From Octopus sinensis (taxonomy: Eukaryota), in contig NC_042999.1 of assembly GCF_006345805.1 (NCBI RefSeq), positions 129,022,001-129,086,000 of the forward strand: 64,000 nucleotides of DNA, in the 5' to 3' direction. Positions within the stretch are counted from its first letter, which is position 1, and every line of letters starts with the position of its first letter. Shown here piece after piece: positions 1-14,074 of the stretch. The translations under genes were made by a program, and so were the position numbers. The notes beneath the pieces are model-generated. The model did no database searches. It was not told the origin of the DNA and was given only the letters and a program-made list of their open reading frames with translations.

Positions 1-804
1 ATTCTACTGTGCTGTAACTTACAACTCACAGTAATATTGATCTTTGAGAACATTAAAACATATTTCCATCCTACATATACATGTGCGTCTTTACATGCAC
101 ATAACAACAACAGCCCCAAAATTCAGCTAATGTCTATGAAAAAAGGATAATTGCCTCAACACCAATTCCTCTACTGCTAGAAATCAATAACAACCAGTCA
201 TTCAATGATGGATACTTTAGACTGCAAAAGATCAAGCAATTGATAACGTTTGAGTAGAGTGTATAGAAGCTATTACAGAAGAGTGTATAGAAACTATCCT
301 ATGTGTATAGATAGCAGTAACTAGGTCATGGGATTTCCATAAACACCTTCAACATTTCTTCAGAGAACAGTCCTGCCCATAACATCAGAACACTACCTTG
401 CAGCGCAAAAACTTACCCTGTAAATATTATTAAATCCAAACCTCATTGGACATGAAACAGAGACATATACACATACCTCCTTTATCACACACACACACAC
501 TGACTGACAGAGGCAAATATATTGAGAAAGGAAAAGATAGAAAATAACTAGGAATGAAGTAGAAAGAAAGAAAGAAAGAAAGAAGGAAAAATTGTTATGT
601 ATGTGAGTTATTTGGGACAGGAGCAAGCTATGGCAAAAATTAGGATTTAGAATGTCTCTGAGCCTTCTTCATGTTCAGGTGTAAGAAATATAGACCAATT
701 TCCTTTTTATTTATTTATTTATTTATTTGAATCAACATAACTAATAAAAAAAAAAATCAATGACAGTCTTGTGTTATTTGGTATAAATGCATCTTATCTT
801 TTAC

Positions 805-1152
805 TTGTTTCAGCCATTGGACTGCTGTAATGCTGGAACATTGTCTTGAAGACGAACAAATCAATCCCAGTATTTATTTTTTAAGTCTGATACTTATACT
901 TTTGGTCTCTTTTGTCGAACCATTAAGTTATGTGGACATAAGCAAACTAACACCACTTGTCAAACAGTGGCAGGGGACAAACACACACATACACAATGGG
1001 CTTCCACACAGTTTCCATCTACCAAATTTGCATTCACAAAGCATTTGTCAACGCAAAGTAAAAGTAGAAGACACTTGCACAAAGTGCCATGCAGTGGGAC
1101 CGAATCTGAAATCATGTCTACAAAGCAAAATTCTTAATCCCATAGCCATGTA
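805..1152 (-). mobile_element. tRNA-derived SINE, family 'D' (composite, central CA tract)
   Basis: On the minus strand: A-box-like TGGCTATGGGATTAAG and B-box-like GATTCGGTCCC. Body is shared with copies at about 11525-11837, 40140-40490, 43200-43710, 45065-45235 and 56370-56560, and in the opposite orientation at about 4555-4715, 38227-38380, 47985-48220, 58195-58290 and 60800-61040. Confidence 0.75.
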
Positions 1153-4100
1153 AAAGTATGTTACAGACATAAAAAACGAACGAATGTAATGATTTATGAA
1201 GAAGTGAAGTGCAATATCTTTTTCATATATGTTAGTGAAGGGAGAAGGGACAAGACCCAGGATTGTTGGTTTTTCCTCCTAGACTAATGAGATGATAAAG
1301 CTGATGTACATAGGAATGACAAGAATGGAGAAAGAGCCAGGTGTCTTCTTCAAATGTTCAGGTGCTTGCAACAGAATAAACATCACAAAAGCTACCTAAG
1401 GAGTAGTTGGTAGCATTACACTGAACATTGTTTAACAGACAAAAAACATGTTTTTATGGTTTAATACATGAATAAACATTATACAGAATGACTGGGGAAA
1501 TGGCCAGGGATACCTGTGGCATAAAAATGAGTAAAGTAGATGCTAGCACAATGTCATGAATCTGAATTTTAATCAATTAAAATGTTAGTGCTCACTCTAC
1601 TAAAAATTGTATTATGGTTTGCAAAAATGATCAATAAAATTTTTCCTAAAGACTATTGATGGCCTGCAATGGAAAATGTTGATTAAAAGGAAAGAGAAAA
1701 AAATTTTGATAGGTTTGTGTAACTTGGAGAATGAAAAATAATGTTTCTAGTAGGGCCCTTTCTTCAAGAATATAGGAAAGAATTCTTAAATCTTTAAGCT
1801 TTAATATTTAACACTTTTAGTTTTCATGAGGCTTCTAATGATCGAAGTTTAGCCCCAAATCAATCTTGATCAAACAGACCTGTGATCAAAACATGTTCAA
1901 AAGACTGTCAGAGCTGACCATCTCTTCCTTATTTCTCACAGACCACTTCAAACCACAATGTCTAGTGTGTCATTTTCTGTTTTTTAAGGGTGTGATTTGA
2001 GATTATGGTGCTATTTTCAGGAAGTGGAACAACCATTTAGAAGTTGGTTCATCTCTTAGTCATGACTTAAAAAAGTTAAATATGAGTAGGCAGTCTTTAA
2101 AAAAAATGTTCAAAACGTATTTAAAAAGCAATAGAGAAAAAAAAAAGAATGGAATAGATGTGAGAAGATGATCAAGTAAATGAATAAGAGAGAAGAGGCA
2201 GAAAGCAGGTAGCAACAACAAATAAGGTTGGAATAACTAAATAAATAGCACCAATAAAAAACACCACAGAAAGTTAATAACTTGGCAAAGGTAAGAAAGA
2301 TGATGAAAAGCAAGTTGAAAATAAAATATATAAGTCAATAAAATGTCAAATTAAAATAGAGAAGAATGAAATGACAAGTAGAGCTATATTTGATATATAC
2401 CACCACCTTCATATTTATACATAATTAACAGAAGTATTTAATTGTAATATTGTGAGTAGATTTGGTAGACAAAACTAAAAGAAACCCATCAGATATGCAT
2501 GTGCACGTGTGTGTGTGTTACTGTCTCCTTGCCTTGATATCATATGACAGCCATCAAGCTGTAGAACATCTGACTCAACAAATTCTGTCTAACTCATGCA
2601 AACATAAGAAAAGTGGATGTTCAAACAATGATGATGATGATGATGATTGTATGAAAAAAGTTATGTGGTTAGCATCTGAATAGATTTTGTATAATTAATT
2701 ATTATAGCTACTGATATATAAAAGAAATTTTGTTATTGTATGTGAAAGAATTTCTATTACATTTCGGGTTTTATCTTTTTATCTTTTACTTATTTCAGTC
2801 ATCATGCTGGGTACCACCTTGAAATATTTAGCCAAACAAATTGTCTCTAGTACTTATTTTTTAAAATCTAGTGCTTAAATCTCTTTGTCTCTTGCAGCTC
2901 CCCATCCATATATACTACAATACAGAAAATTTAAAAGAAAGAAAGCTACATATATATGCAGGAACTTTTTATAGTCTTTTTAGAAATAACTCCACTAGTG
3001 GAATGTAGGTATCTAGTTTCGTTTTTATGTTGTCATATGTGTTAGATGAGAAAAGACCACAACAAATGGCAAGATGCTGCAAGACCTATTCAGGACATGG
3101 CAGTATGAAAAAATGTAAAACAAAACATGAGTAACTTAATTAGTGCTTGGATATGATAGTCTGAAGTGGGGTAAATAATGGTGATGGTGCACTAAATAAT
3201 AAAGGAAATTTAGATGAAGAAAATCATAAGCAATAATAAAAAAAATTATCAAGAGAGGAGAAGAGAAGGTGAGGGTGACAAATAAAAAAGTACTTATACT
3301 CCTTCCGGAAGATGAGGTTTTACTCATCAGATGGGAATGCCCTTTGACAGAGTATAGTCCTCTTGTAAATGGTAATTTTGCATCCATTCTCTTGACTTTT
3401 GCTTGTCTTAACTGATTTTCTTATACTTAATCTTATTCTTTTACCATTTCAGTATTTCCCATCTATTTAATAGGATATGTACTTGGGTAGCTAGAGTTTA
3501 TATACATTAATGTGTGTCTCTACTCCATATATGTCTGCTTGTAAAGTTCACCCACTAAAGTATTACTGCATTGCTGTCACTTCAACTTTTATTGTTCAAA
3601 TTTATACAAAATACCAATTTTATCTCCTATATATGTAAGTCTCCTCATAAATAAGTTGCAGTACTAAATAAGTCACATTTCTTTCTGTTAGTAATTTAGT
3701 TTCAGCTGTTGATCCGTACATACTAACCATGTTGCCTTTCATGAAAACTGTTTGCAACTTCACTTGCAGTTGTGTTCAAATAATGGTTTCAAATTTTGGC
3801 ACAAAGCCAGCAGTTATAGGAGACGAGGCTACTTATTTTATCAATCCCGAAAGGCTGAAAGGTAAAACTAAACTCAGTGGAATTTGAACTCACAACATAA
3901 AAGCCAGAAGAAATGCTCACCATGTGAGCTGCAGAATGTGTTTAAATAATATACACATTTAACTGAAATAATTAAAATTATGGGCAATACAGTTTAGCAA
4001 AACCCCAGGACAATATATATCACACAGACCCACCAAGATCACCACTTCTGACTGACTAACAATATAATCATACATAATGAACAATAGAGAACTACCCATA

Positions 4101-4253
4101 TATATTTCACACAAATAGAAAGTATCAATAGATAAATTTATGACACTGTGTTATGATGAAACAAATATTTACATATTGATTTTAATAAACTGCATTAAAA
4201 ATACAGTTATAATATCCATATACTGGTTTCATGAATCAATATCATTACTGACA

Positions 4254-4356
4254 TTACTTTTTATCCTTTTGGAGTCGATAAAATAAGTACCAGTTGAACA
4301 CTGGGGTTGATGACTTACTCCCTTCACCAAATTGCTGCCCTAGTGTTAAAATTTGA
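4254..4356 (+). mobile_element. 5'-truncated SINE family 'B' with 20-bp TSD
   Basis: Flanked by aatcaat(a/g)tcattactgaca at 4234-4253 and 4357-4376. Body matches the 3' half of the copies at 30510 and 32262. Confidence 0.75.
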
Positions 4357-4774
4357 AATCAATGTCATTACTGACAGTTCACTCACCTATCAGCCAATGC
4401 TAATGCATACATGCTGTACATCACCCATCTAAAATGTTGAACTTTGAGCAGTATTATATTCACTTGAATCCAAGTATAACTGTGATGATATTTTTTTCGG
4501 ATAGTTATGCAAGCAACAATAAGTCCATCACCATGTAAATTCACCTTTAGGTGCAGGCATGGCTGCGGTTAAGAAGTTCACTTTACAATCATGTGGGTTT
4601 GGGTTCAGTACCACTTTGCAATATAATTGGTGTCTCATGAGTGAATTTGGTAAATAGAAGCTGTGTGGAAACCAACAAAAAGCCAAACTTGCTATCTTCT
4701 ATTTGGTTTATGTGCCAGTTCAAACCTATGTATGGATGTTGGATAATGACCAAAAGAGTACAATTGCACATATA

Positions 4775-5010
4775 AGGAGCTGAATTGAGGTACTTCAGAA
4801 GGACCTCTGGAGTAATGTTACTTGACAGGGTGCATAGCTTGGAGATTAGGAAATTTCTCCAGGTTGAGATGCTACCTCTCTTGATTGAAAGGTCACAGCT
4901 CCTGTACTACAAACATTTAATTAGAATGTCACATACACACACATAAAATCACAACACAAGTTCTTTAAGCCAACTGACAGAGGACTAAGTGGTAGACCAA
5001 TAAGACCCTA
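4775..5010 (+). mobile_element. Decayed RTE-type LINE ORF2 C-terminal fragment
   Basis: Broken translation resembles AELRYFRRTSGV.LLDRV.SLEIRK.LQVE.L.L.IERSQL.YY.H..RM, followed by an Arg/Pro-rich segment, as in RTE C-termini. Confidence 0.55.
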
Positions 5011-5384
5011 TGGAGGAAGTGTCAGAAGAATTCTATCCCCACAACCCTCCCAGGAATAGTTGGCAGAGAAAATGGATAGAGTTGCTCTGGTACACCATCA
5101 CTGTCATCTTTATCTTCATCTACCCTATTACTATTACTCACCCTCATAATGTAGGATATCTCCTCTATAGAAAGATACAAGTTCTTGTCTCTCAATCATG
5201 CCTCTTACAACTAACATAAAGCCATTCCCCCCTCCCTAATATCCCACCCACTTAGTTATGGGCTTTTTCTCCTTCCTGTTCTTTTCTGACTGGTAACTTG
5301 ATTAGTAACTTCATTAGTGCTAATGGCACAAAAAAAGTAGAAAAAAAAAGACAGCACCTGGGGCTGGGGGCATACTGTAATGTG

Positions 5385-5523
5385 GTTGACATTTGGAAGG
5401 CCATCCAGCCAGAGAAAACATGCCAAAGCAGACACTGGAGCTTGGCGTAGTCCTGCAGTTTGCTGGGTCCTGTCAAATTATCCAAACCATGGCAGCACAG
5501 AAAATAGATATTAAATGATGATG
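5385..5523 (+). mobile_element. SINE family 'A' 3' part with (GAT)n tail
   Basis: gttgacatttggaaggccatccagcc...aaatgatgatgac; diverged match to 9676-9826. Confidence 0.65.
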
Positions 5524-6169
5524 ACTGAACCCAGAACCATGTGGTTGGGAAGTAAGCTTCTTACCACACAGCCACATCTGCATCTATATGCAAAAAGTTA
5601 ACAAGTGTATCACTACAGATGCATTTCTTCTGTAACAAAATTGACTTTGCTGCAAATGAGTGTGCCTGTTTTTGCATGTACCATTAACAACTTATATTTA
5701 TTTAAAACATTACTATTCATTTACACTGTGTAGTAAACATAACAACCAACTATACTCAATCATTGCCAGTGTGTTTTGTGTGTCAGTGATGCTTTGAATT
5801 TCTAGTCCAATGCTAGGTTTCATAAAGAAGTTGCTGATATTTTTTGCAGCCTTTTTGTGTTTGCGAATTATCTACAAGTATATAACAGTATATCTCACAT
5901 CTTTCATCTCAAACAATAACCCATTCTCTAGTACACAATACAAAGAAGCCACAAGTAAATACCTGAATTTAAAAAACAACTCAACATATGCAGGTAACAT
6001 ACAGACTCACATTCTCTATTAATTAGAACCTTACTCCTCTGAAGTGAGGCTACACTAAATAGTAAATTATGAGGCTAGATAACTTAGAAGATGGAAAAAA
6101 GACGACAGAAAGGTGAAGGAAGCATTGAAGGTAAAAGCAAAGAAAATATATCAATGGAGGAGATAACAC

Positions 6170-6600
6170 AGAAGATGATAACAAAAGAAAATACTAAAAG
6201 ATAAGATAACAGAAGAGAAGACAACCACAGAGAAGATAAGAGGAGAGAAGAAAACAGCATAGCCGGTAACAGAGGAGAAGATAACAGGAGATAGCAGAAA
6301 GAACAACAAAAGAGAAGGTAAGGAAAGATAACAGGAGAGACAATAACAACGGAGATGACAAAAAAAGAGACGATAACAGGAGAGATGACAATAGGAGAGA
6401 CAATAAGAGCAGACAAGATAACAGAAAAGATGATGAAAGCTGACAAGATAACTACAGAGACAATAACAGCAGAGAGGATAATGAAGAGAAGATAGCAGCA
6501 GAGACAATAACAGTGGAAAAGGTAACAGCAGAATGAAACAACAGCGAAGAAAATGAGAGAAGACAACAAGAAATAATACAGCAATAAACTAGAAAACAAC
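6170..6600. repeat. Degenerate 15-nt purine-rich minisatellite (consensus about AAGATAACAGGAGAG)
   Basis: Ten consecutive in-register 15-nt units from 6325 to 6474, e.g. aagataacaggagag / acaataacaacggag / acgataacaggagag. Explains the three overlapping minus-strand ORFs. Confidence 0.85.
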
Positions 6601-6865
6601 ATAATTATTGACTAAGATCTAAAATGACTAACTTTACCAAGCTCCTATATATAGTCTTAAACAACATGAGGTTTCAATGATATAATATTACTGAATAAAC
6701 ATTTGTAATTACAATGTATGTTAAAACAGAGATATTGCACAAGAAATTTAGGATTGGAAAAATGAATTTGATAACACTTTAAATATTAAAACATGTTAAA
6801 AGTTACTGGAACCTTAACATGTCACATCCAATTACACTATCAAATGTTATGACAAAGATTTTTCA

Positions 6866-7156
<291 letters not shown>

Positions 7157-7383
7157 CTAACAACATCAACCTGATACATGAATCTATATTCAGAGAAATC
7201 TAATCCTACACTAAAATTGGATAGCAAACAATTTAATGCTTTAAATGATATTTAAATAAGCATCTGAAAATAATTAACTCTTCAATTTGTTTTTAAGAAT
7301 TGCTAGATTAGATAAAGGAACATTTAAAAATAAAAATTAACATAACATATAAATAATTATTATATAATTAATCAAAAAAATTA

Positions 7384-7566
<183 letters not shown>

Positions 7567-8908
7567 TCATACTATTCACAGATAACATAACACTTAATAA
7601 TCAGTAGTTTATACAAACAGTTAACACTTCAAAGACATGCTTAAAATTTTGGGTTAGGTTTTAAAACTGATCAGAGAAGAATTTGGAGAATTTTCTGAAG
7701 TAAAATCAATTCTTTAAAAAGATTACAGAGAACGCATTTTAGTTGATAGCTTTAGTAACGGTTCCAAAGTTTCAGTTACTTTCACTGATATTTCTCCATC
7801 TTAGTACTGCAGAGCCAAAATTCTTTACTTTTCCAAGATAAAATATTTTTCAAGTTTTCTTTTTATTTTCAAATGCCTTAGTACAGCTATGATAACAAGC
7901 ATATTAAATAGATACCAAAATTAATAGATTACGTAAGTATATTGCTATCTCAAAAGCAAATCTTTCAATGAGTTTTATTTGCAAAGAAATTTTATATATA
8001 TTTTTTATGAGCCGGAGCATTCTGAAAAATCTGCAACAGTTGTTAAAGTGAGTATTTTTTCACTCTCTCAAATACTAAATAATCTAGCTTGAACAGCTCT
8101 CCATGATATCTATTTTGAGCATTTATATTTTTGTTTGAGGACATAATAGAATATTTAGAACAGTAACCAAATAATTACAACTGAATCTAAACACTCGTGG
8201 CTTCAAGAATAGAAAACTTTTAGCAGGGTTTGGATTGTCAAACAACCCAAATCTCACATCAAAAAAGAATTTCTTTTAACTTTGATTAAAAACAAATCAT
8301 ATTAGATATTGTAAACACTAACTAAAGATAGAAAAGAGCAACAAACTCTTTAACAAGAATCCATCCATACATATACTCCTTGATGGGTGGCAGCATTACT
8401 CTTCACACTACAGAGTACCTACAAGTTTCTTTTCTGCATTTTCAGCAATTTTATCTTTAGAAGATAATTTGTCACTCACTTAGCATTAGCAGAATAGGTT
8501 ATAATTCCACATATAAATATTATATATTGTCTTTAATAATGTCTATATATGTCTAACAAATCAAGATAATGCACCTTGATTTGATGTTTTGCAACAAGAT
8601 GTAACCTCACGAATCAAATTAAGTGCTAAGATTTCCAATGCAAAAATTGAGATGAAAGAGAGCAAAAACCCACTGACAGGTCTACTGCTATAGCATCATT
8701 CATAATTACAAATCAAACCATTAAAAACTTTATCTTTTATAAGAAAATAACTCACATTACAATATATTTTTAACTACTGAAAGCATTGATCCTCATAAAC
8801 TTTTCAGACTCAAATATACACTATGCAGCAAAATTCTTTCTACTTGATTAAACAACAATTATGCATAAATTAAAGGCCAAACATCTGAAATATTTTGCAT
8901 ATTTTGAT

Positions 8909-8942
<34 letters not shown>

Positions 8943-9511
8943 TGTAGGCCTTACTTTTCCTTGACTTATATTAAAAAAAATAACATCTTTTTTCTGATTT
9001 AAAATCCAATGTGCTATAGTTCCAATTTTGTTAATACCAATCAGATAAACAACCATTGAAATTTTAGTAAGGTGCAGAGACCAAGACTAGCTGTATAATT
9101 CAGTAGTAAACCAAGTGAAAGCAAGCTTTCTTGAACATAATTATATCCAGTAGAGAAAGTGATAAGTTAAATGAATCCAGCTTAGGATTTGGCTTTCTAT
9201 CTTCTTCCACCAAGAATTTAGACTCATAAAAGTGATACACTTAGAATCTGATGTTAAATATTAAGAAATCATCAATTTCAACATATCCTGTAAACATATA
9301 GAAAACAAATGTAGAAAAAAAAATGTAATATTTAAGAACATTCTTTCTTAAAATATATAGCAGCAGCAGTGGTAGCAGTAACTATGTGACTATTGTTAAG
9401 AAAGTCCAACAATATACTTCATTCTTGATTTACTCTGGTTAAGTTAATAAGCTTATAATTTTGCTGATGATTATAATAATCTTTTGAAGTGTATATTATA
9501 TTTACTCTCTG

Positions 9512-9675
9512 TTTAACCTCAGTGATGCATCTGCAAAATGTGCTGTTACTTTTGAACACTGTTTTGATATTCCACGTGTTGCATACTCTCTGAATATTCT
9601 CAGACAGACACATGCATTGGACTTTTGATTACTCTCTACTTTGAGATTGCAAGTGACTGAAGGCTTATAACTATT
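9512..9675 (-). mobile_element. Penelope-like element ORF fragment, copy 1 (164 bp)
   Basis: Minus-strand translation LSENIQRVCNTWNIKTVFKSNSTFCRCITEVK resembles the PLE RT-to-GIY-YIG linker (recalled pattern LSE.I.R......IKTVFKSN.TL...LT.VK). Appears identical to 10893-11056. Confidence 0.65.
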
Positions 9676-9826
9676 GGCGTTAGGAAGGGCATCCAGCCAT
9701 AGAAACACTGCCAGATCTGACTGGGCCTGACGAAGCCTTCCAGCTTCACAGACCCCAGTTGACCCGTCCAACCCATGCTAGCATGGAAAACGGACGCTAA
9801 ACGATGATGATGATGATGATGATGTT
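9676..9826 (+). mobile_element. SINE family 'A', young-looking 5'-truncated copy
   Basis: ggcgttaggaagggcatccagcc...ggacgctaaac(gat)n; CpGs retained. Confidence 0.8.
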
Positions 9827-10261
9827 TCAACCAGACTGATATTTAGTTGCCATTGGTGTCTCCTTCTTTGATATGTTTTATCTCTTAGGCTAAACTGAAA
9901 CCAAGGAACATTACTTCTACATGAAGGGTAATAATGTCATCTAGCAGCACATATACAGTTATTGTTGCAATTTTAGTACATTTTGATTTACCGTTTAGTA
10001 ATAGCAACCATATTGAGCTGACATCAGTACTAGGCTTTCTCTATGGATCATCAATGAGAATTATTTAGTGCTTCTTTGATTTTGCTAAGTTTCCACTGGT
10101 TCTCCATCAATTATATAAATTTAATTCAATAATGATATGTTTTCTTTTTTTTAGCACCATAAACTGTATTTGATAGCAAACAAGTTGCACGTTTTTCCCC
10201 GCCAAAATGCCTTTAAAAAAAATCACCCTGAGTCCCAAATGCAAAATTGGGTTTCCCTTAA

Positions 10262-10481
10262 CCTTTTAGCATTCAGATTACTCTGTCAAATGTAATGCTT
10301 GTTTATTCACATTGTTTTGAATTAACCATGTATTATCTTGTAGCTATGAGATTTCACTGACGTGGGTGTTTATTTTTACAATGACATTGCAGGGTAGGTG
10401 TGAGAAGCTGGGCACGACCAGCTTGAACATAAAACAGGTAGAATAATTGGGCTGGATATAGCCAGTTTAAATGCTAAAGGA
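10262..10481. mobile_element. piggyBac-like MITE, 220 bp, TTAA TSD
   Basis: TTAA at 10258-10261 and 10482-10485. TIRs CCTTTTAGCATT / AATGCTAAAGGA, each one mismatch from CCCTTTAGCATT. Confidence 0.85.
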
Positions 10482-10892
10482 TTAAGCTAATTTTGTCCCT
10501 GACACTCACTGCTTTATGCTAATTTTAATCCAGCTGGTCTCCTTTTCTGCTTAGCCTTTCTTTTTACATACAGTAATATTCTCTGCTATAGCTAAGGTAC
10601 CATTGTAATATTCTGTAATGTACTGGTAGATTGCTTCCAATACTACATGCTTTAATCACAAAAACTTTTTTCCCAGAGCATATGCTGCTGAAACTGGGAT
10701 GTATCTAATTTTATTGTGTGTCTTTTATACCATCAAATATCGTATATTCAGCCATTCCCGAGTAGTATGTTTCCCCTCTCATTAAAGCTTTACAATATTC
10801 CTTTGTTTTGACATTTAGGAATGACTTAAGTTTATTTATATAAGTAAAAAGCTATAAATACATTTCTTATGTTCTAGACACTCTTGGGTAGA

Positions 10893-11056
10893 TTTAACCT
10901 CAGTGATGCATCTGCAAAATGTGCTGTTACTTTTGAACACTGTTTTGATATTCCACGTGTTGCATACTCTCTGAATATTCTCAGACAGACACATGCATTG
11001 GACTTTTGATTACTCTCTACTTTGAGATTGCAAGTGACTGAAGGCTTATAACTATT
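10893..11056 (-). mobile_element. Penelope-like element ORF fragment, copy 2 (164 bp)
   Basis: Direct repeat of 9512-9675, offset 1381 bp, with the same end points (tttaacctc...ataactatt). Confidence 0.65.
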
Positions 11057-11240
11057 ACATCATCATCATCAATGTCTGTTTTCCATGCTGGCATGGTTTA
11101 GGCAGTTTGACCAGAGTGGGTAAGCAGGAGAGCTGCACCAGGTCCCAGTCTGGTTTGGCATGGTTTCGATGGCTGGGTGCCCTTCCTAATGTCAACCATT
11201 TTACAGAGTGAGCTGGATGCTTTTTACATGGCACTGCAAT
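11057..11240 (-). mobile_element. SINE family 'A', inverted relative to 9676-9826
   Basis: (cat)n aatgtctgttttccatgctggcatgg...gcccttcctaatgtcaacc. Further minus-strand copies at about 38440-38720 and 41218-41380. Confidence 0.75.
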
Positions 11241-11336
11241 AGTTGGAAAATTTCTGAAGTGTAACAAATTAACAAAAAGAATGTTGCAAATACTTTCTTA
11301 AAATGTTTTTAAAAAATATTAGGAATACCAGTCTTA

Positions 11337-11429
<93 letters not shown>

Positions 11430-11943
11430 CTACAACAGAGCATTTATAAAAATTGATATCAAAAAACAAAATTGCAGATTGATTTTTTTTTAAACTTGAT
11501 TTATATTTATCTTTCATCTTTTACATGTTTCAGTCATTAGACTGTGGCCATGCTGGGGCACTGCCTTCAAGAATGTTAGTTGAACAAATCAACTCCAGCA
11601 CTAACTTTTGTTGTTTTAAGTCCAGTACTTATTCAATCAATCTCTTTTGCCAAACTGTTAAGTTACAGGAGCATACACACAGACACACATACACACACAC
11701 ATACACACACACACACAACAAAGGCTTTGGATTACCTGGGGCTATAATAAAAGACACTCGCTAAAGGTACTGCGCAGTGCAACTGAACCCAGAATTATGT
11801 GTTTGGGAAGAAAACTTCTTACCACACAGCCATACCTAATAATGGTATTTGATCAAATATGTTAACACATTTATATTTGAGCTTTCAAACATAAAAAGTA
11901 GATACTAAAAAGCATCAAACTCATTTACTCACTGTCAAAATCA

Positions 11944-12294
<351 letters not shown>

Positions 12295-12959
12295 CTATAG
12301 TAAATTGATGGATGTTTGATCATATTAATGATGCTGACATTGACATGGGTGTTAAAATATGATTAAAAAGAACCTCTCTCTCTCATAGATCAATTCAACC
12401 TGGGATATTCAGGAGCTTAAAGAGTATCAATAACTTTTCCAATGTATTCTATTACCCTAACAAATTATACTCCAGAGTTAGCCTGTATCCTCAGTATAAT
12501 TTTCAATCTTTCTCTCCCTAAATAAATCTACACCACAAATTCCATTCCCATAAAGGACATTTTTTTATTTTGCCAGCTACTGCCTTGTTGCTACTACTTC
12601 CAACATTTCAAAAGCAATGGAAACCGTAATAAATTACTATCAGAGACTTGCCTTTCAATATCAATTATCAATGGCCTCTCACATTTAAGAACTTTGGCAA
12701 AAGTAATATTGTTGCCATTGACAACATAAAAGCTTTCCACTGTGTCTGGAATGAGAAATTCCAAGCTAAGTTTCCTCACTTATAAGCTCCATTTGTTTCT
12801 CATCTTGATATAGGATTCTCTAGTCAGACTATTTCAGTGCATCATGAACTGATACAGCTCTCCCTGAGCCATATTCTATCAACTCTAATATACTCCAAAG
12901 TTCAGTTGACTCAATATCATCCTTCTCTACAATAATGACATATCTGCCAATACTCCTAA

Positions 12960-12995
<36 letters not shown>

Positions 12996-13870
12996 TCAGA
13001 TTACACAACTCACCACTTCTCTTTAACTTTCTAAAGACAGGTATTACCTCTAAATGTCTTAGACATTTCACAATAGATTGCACAGTTTCCATGAATAGAA
13101 AACTTGAAAACAACCACCAATGAGAGTATGACAACCTAGTCTACAGCACAATACACAGTAGCTAAACATGTCAGAAAACTGTTTTACTGTACACATTCAG
13201 TACACATGAACAGTAAATAACCAAAGCTAAGTTGCTACAAGTGCTACACTTCACAATCTTTGACAATATCTCTTACTGTGATTGCACTTTTATAACATTC
13301 AGCTCCAATCTATTGTTGTTCTTCTATAAAAATCAAGTGTGCTTCACATTAAAATACTGTTGTAGTTATTTTTGTTAACAAACTGTATATCACCTCCAAG
13401 CCCATCTGATAAAATTGTTTCTTTTCATCTCATCCTCTAACTGTATGTCATCCTCAAACCCTTTTCTCAATCATTTCTATGCAGAGATGTAAAACTTTCT
13501 GGAATTACCCACTTGCTCACATTTCTCTTACAAGAGTCACTTTATAGAAGTTCAATCTGAATATCAACCATATCATTTTCAGTTGTCTTTAGAAGCCAAA
13601 GATGCTACCTTCATTCTAATGGAAGTTGACCTACACAATTTACTTGAACCTTTAGTAGTACAGGGTTCATGAGTAATATATCTATGGACAGTTAAAAAGG
13701 GTATTTAGCTACTGAAGAAATCCCAACATAGAATTAAACCTCATCTGGCTGATCCCTCTTTTTTTCTTCACAATGATACTGTATCTTGAAACAAGTTATT
13801 TACATCAGTCTATACCTACAGTTGTACAATGAAGCATTGAAATAAACACCATTAAAATAGTGTGCTACTA

Positions 13871-14074
<204 letters not shown>

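Noticed and set aside
255-420. Possible CRIB-region exon (VYGNPMT resembles LYLGNPMD) and nearby splice-like sites
   Set aside because: The frame is closed by stops on both sides and the ISxP...F.H..H CRIB core is absent.
3590-3665. LTYIGDKIGIL, superficially SH3-like
   Set aside because: Wrong spacing, no ALxDF or WW motifs, and an in-frame stop soon after.
5756-5871. Candidate phase-0 exon IIRKHKKAAKNISNFF... with a ttgtag acceptor
   Set aside because: No resemblance to the SH3 sequence expected next, and the donor (GTATAG) is weak.
6084-6602. 172-aa hydrophobic ORF and two overlapping minus-strand ORFs
   Set aside because: A by-product of the pyrimidine-rich strand of the 15-nt minisatellite, which is depleted of stops in all frames. 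No domain or splice support.
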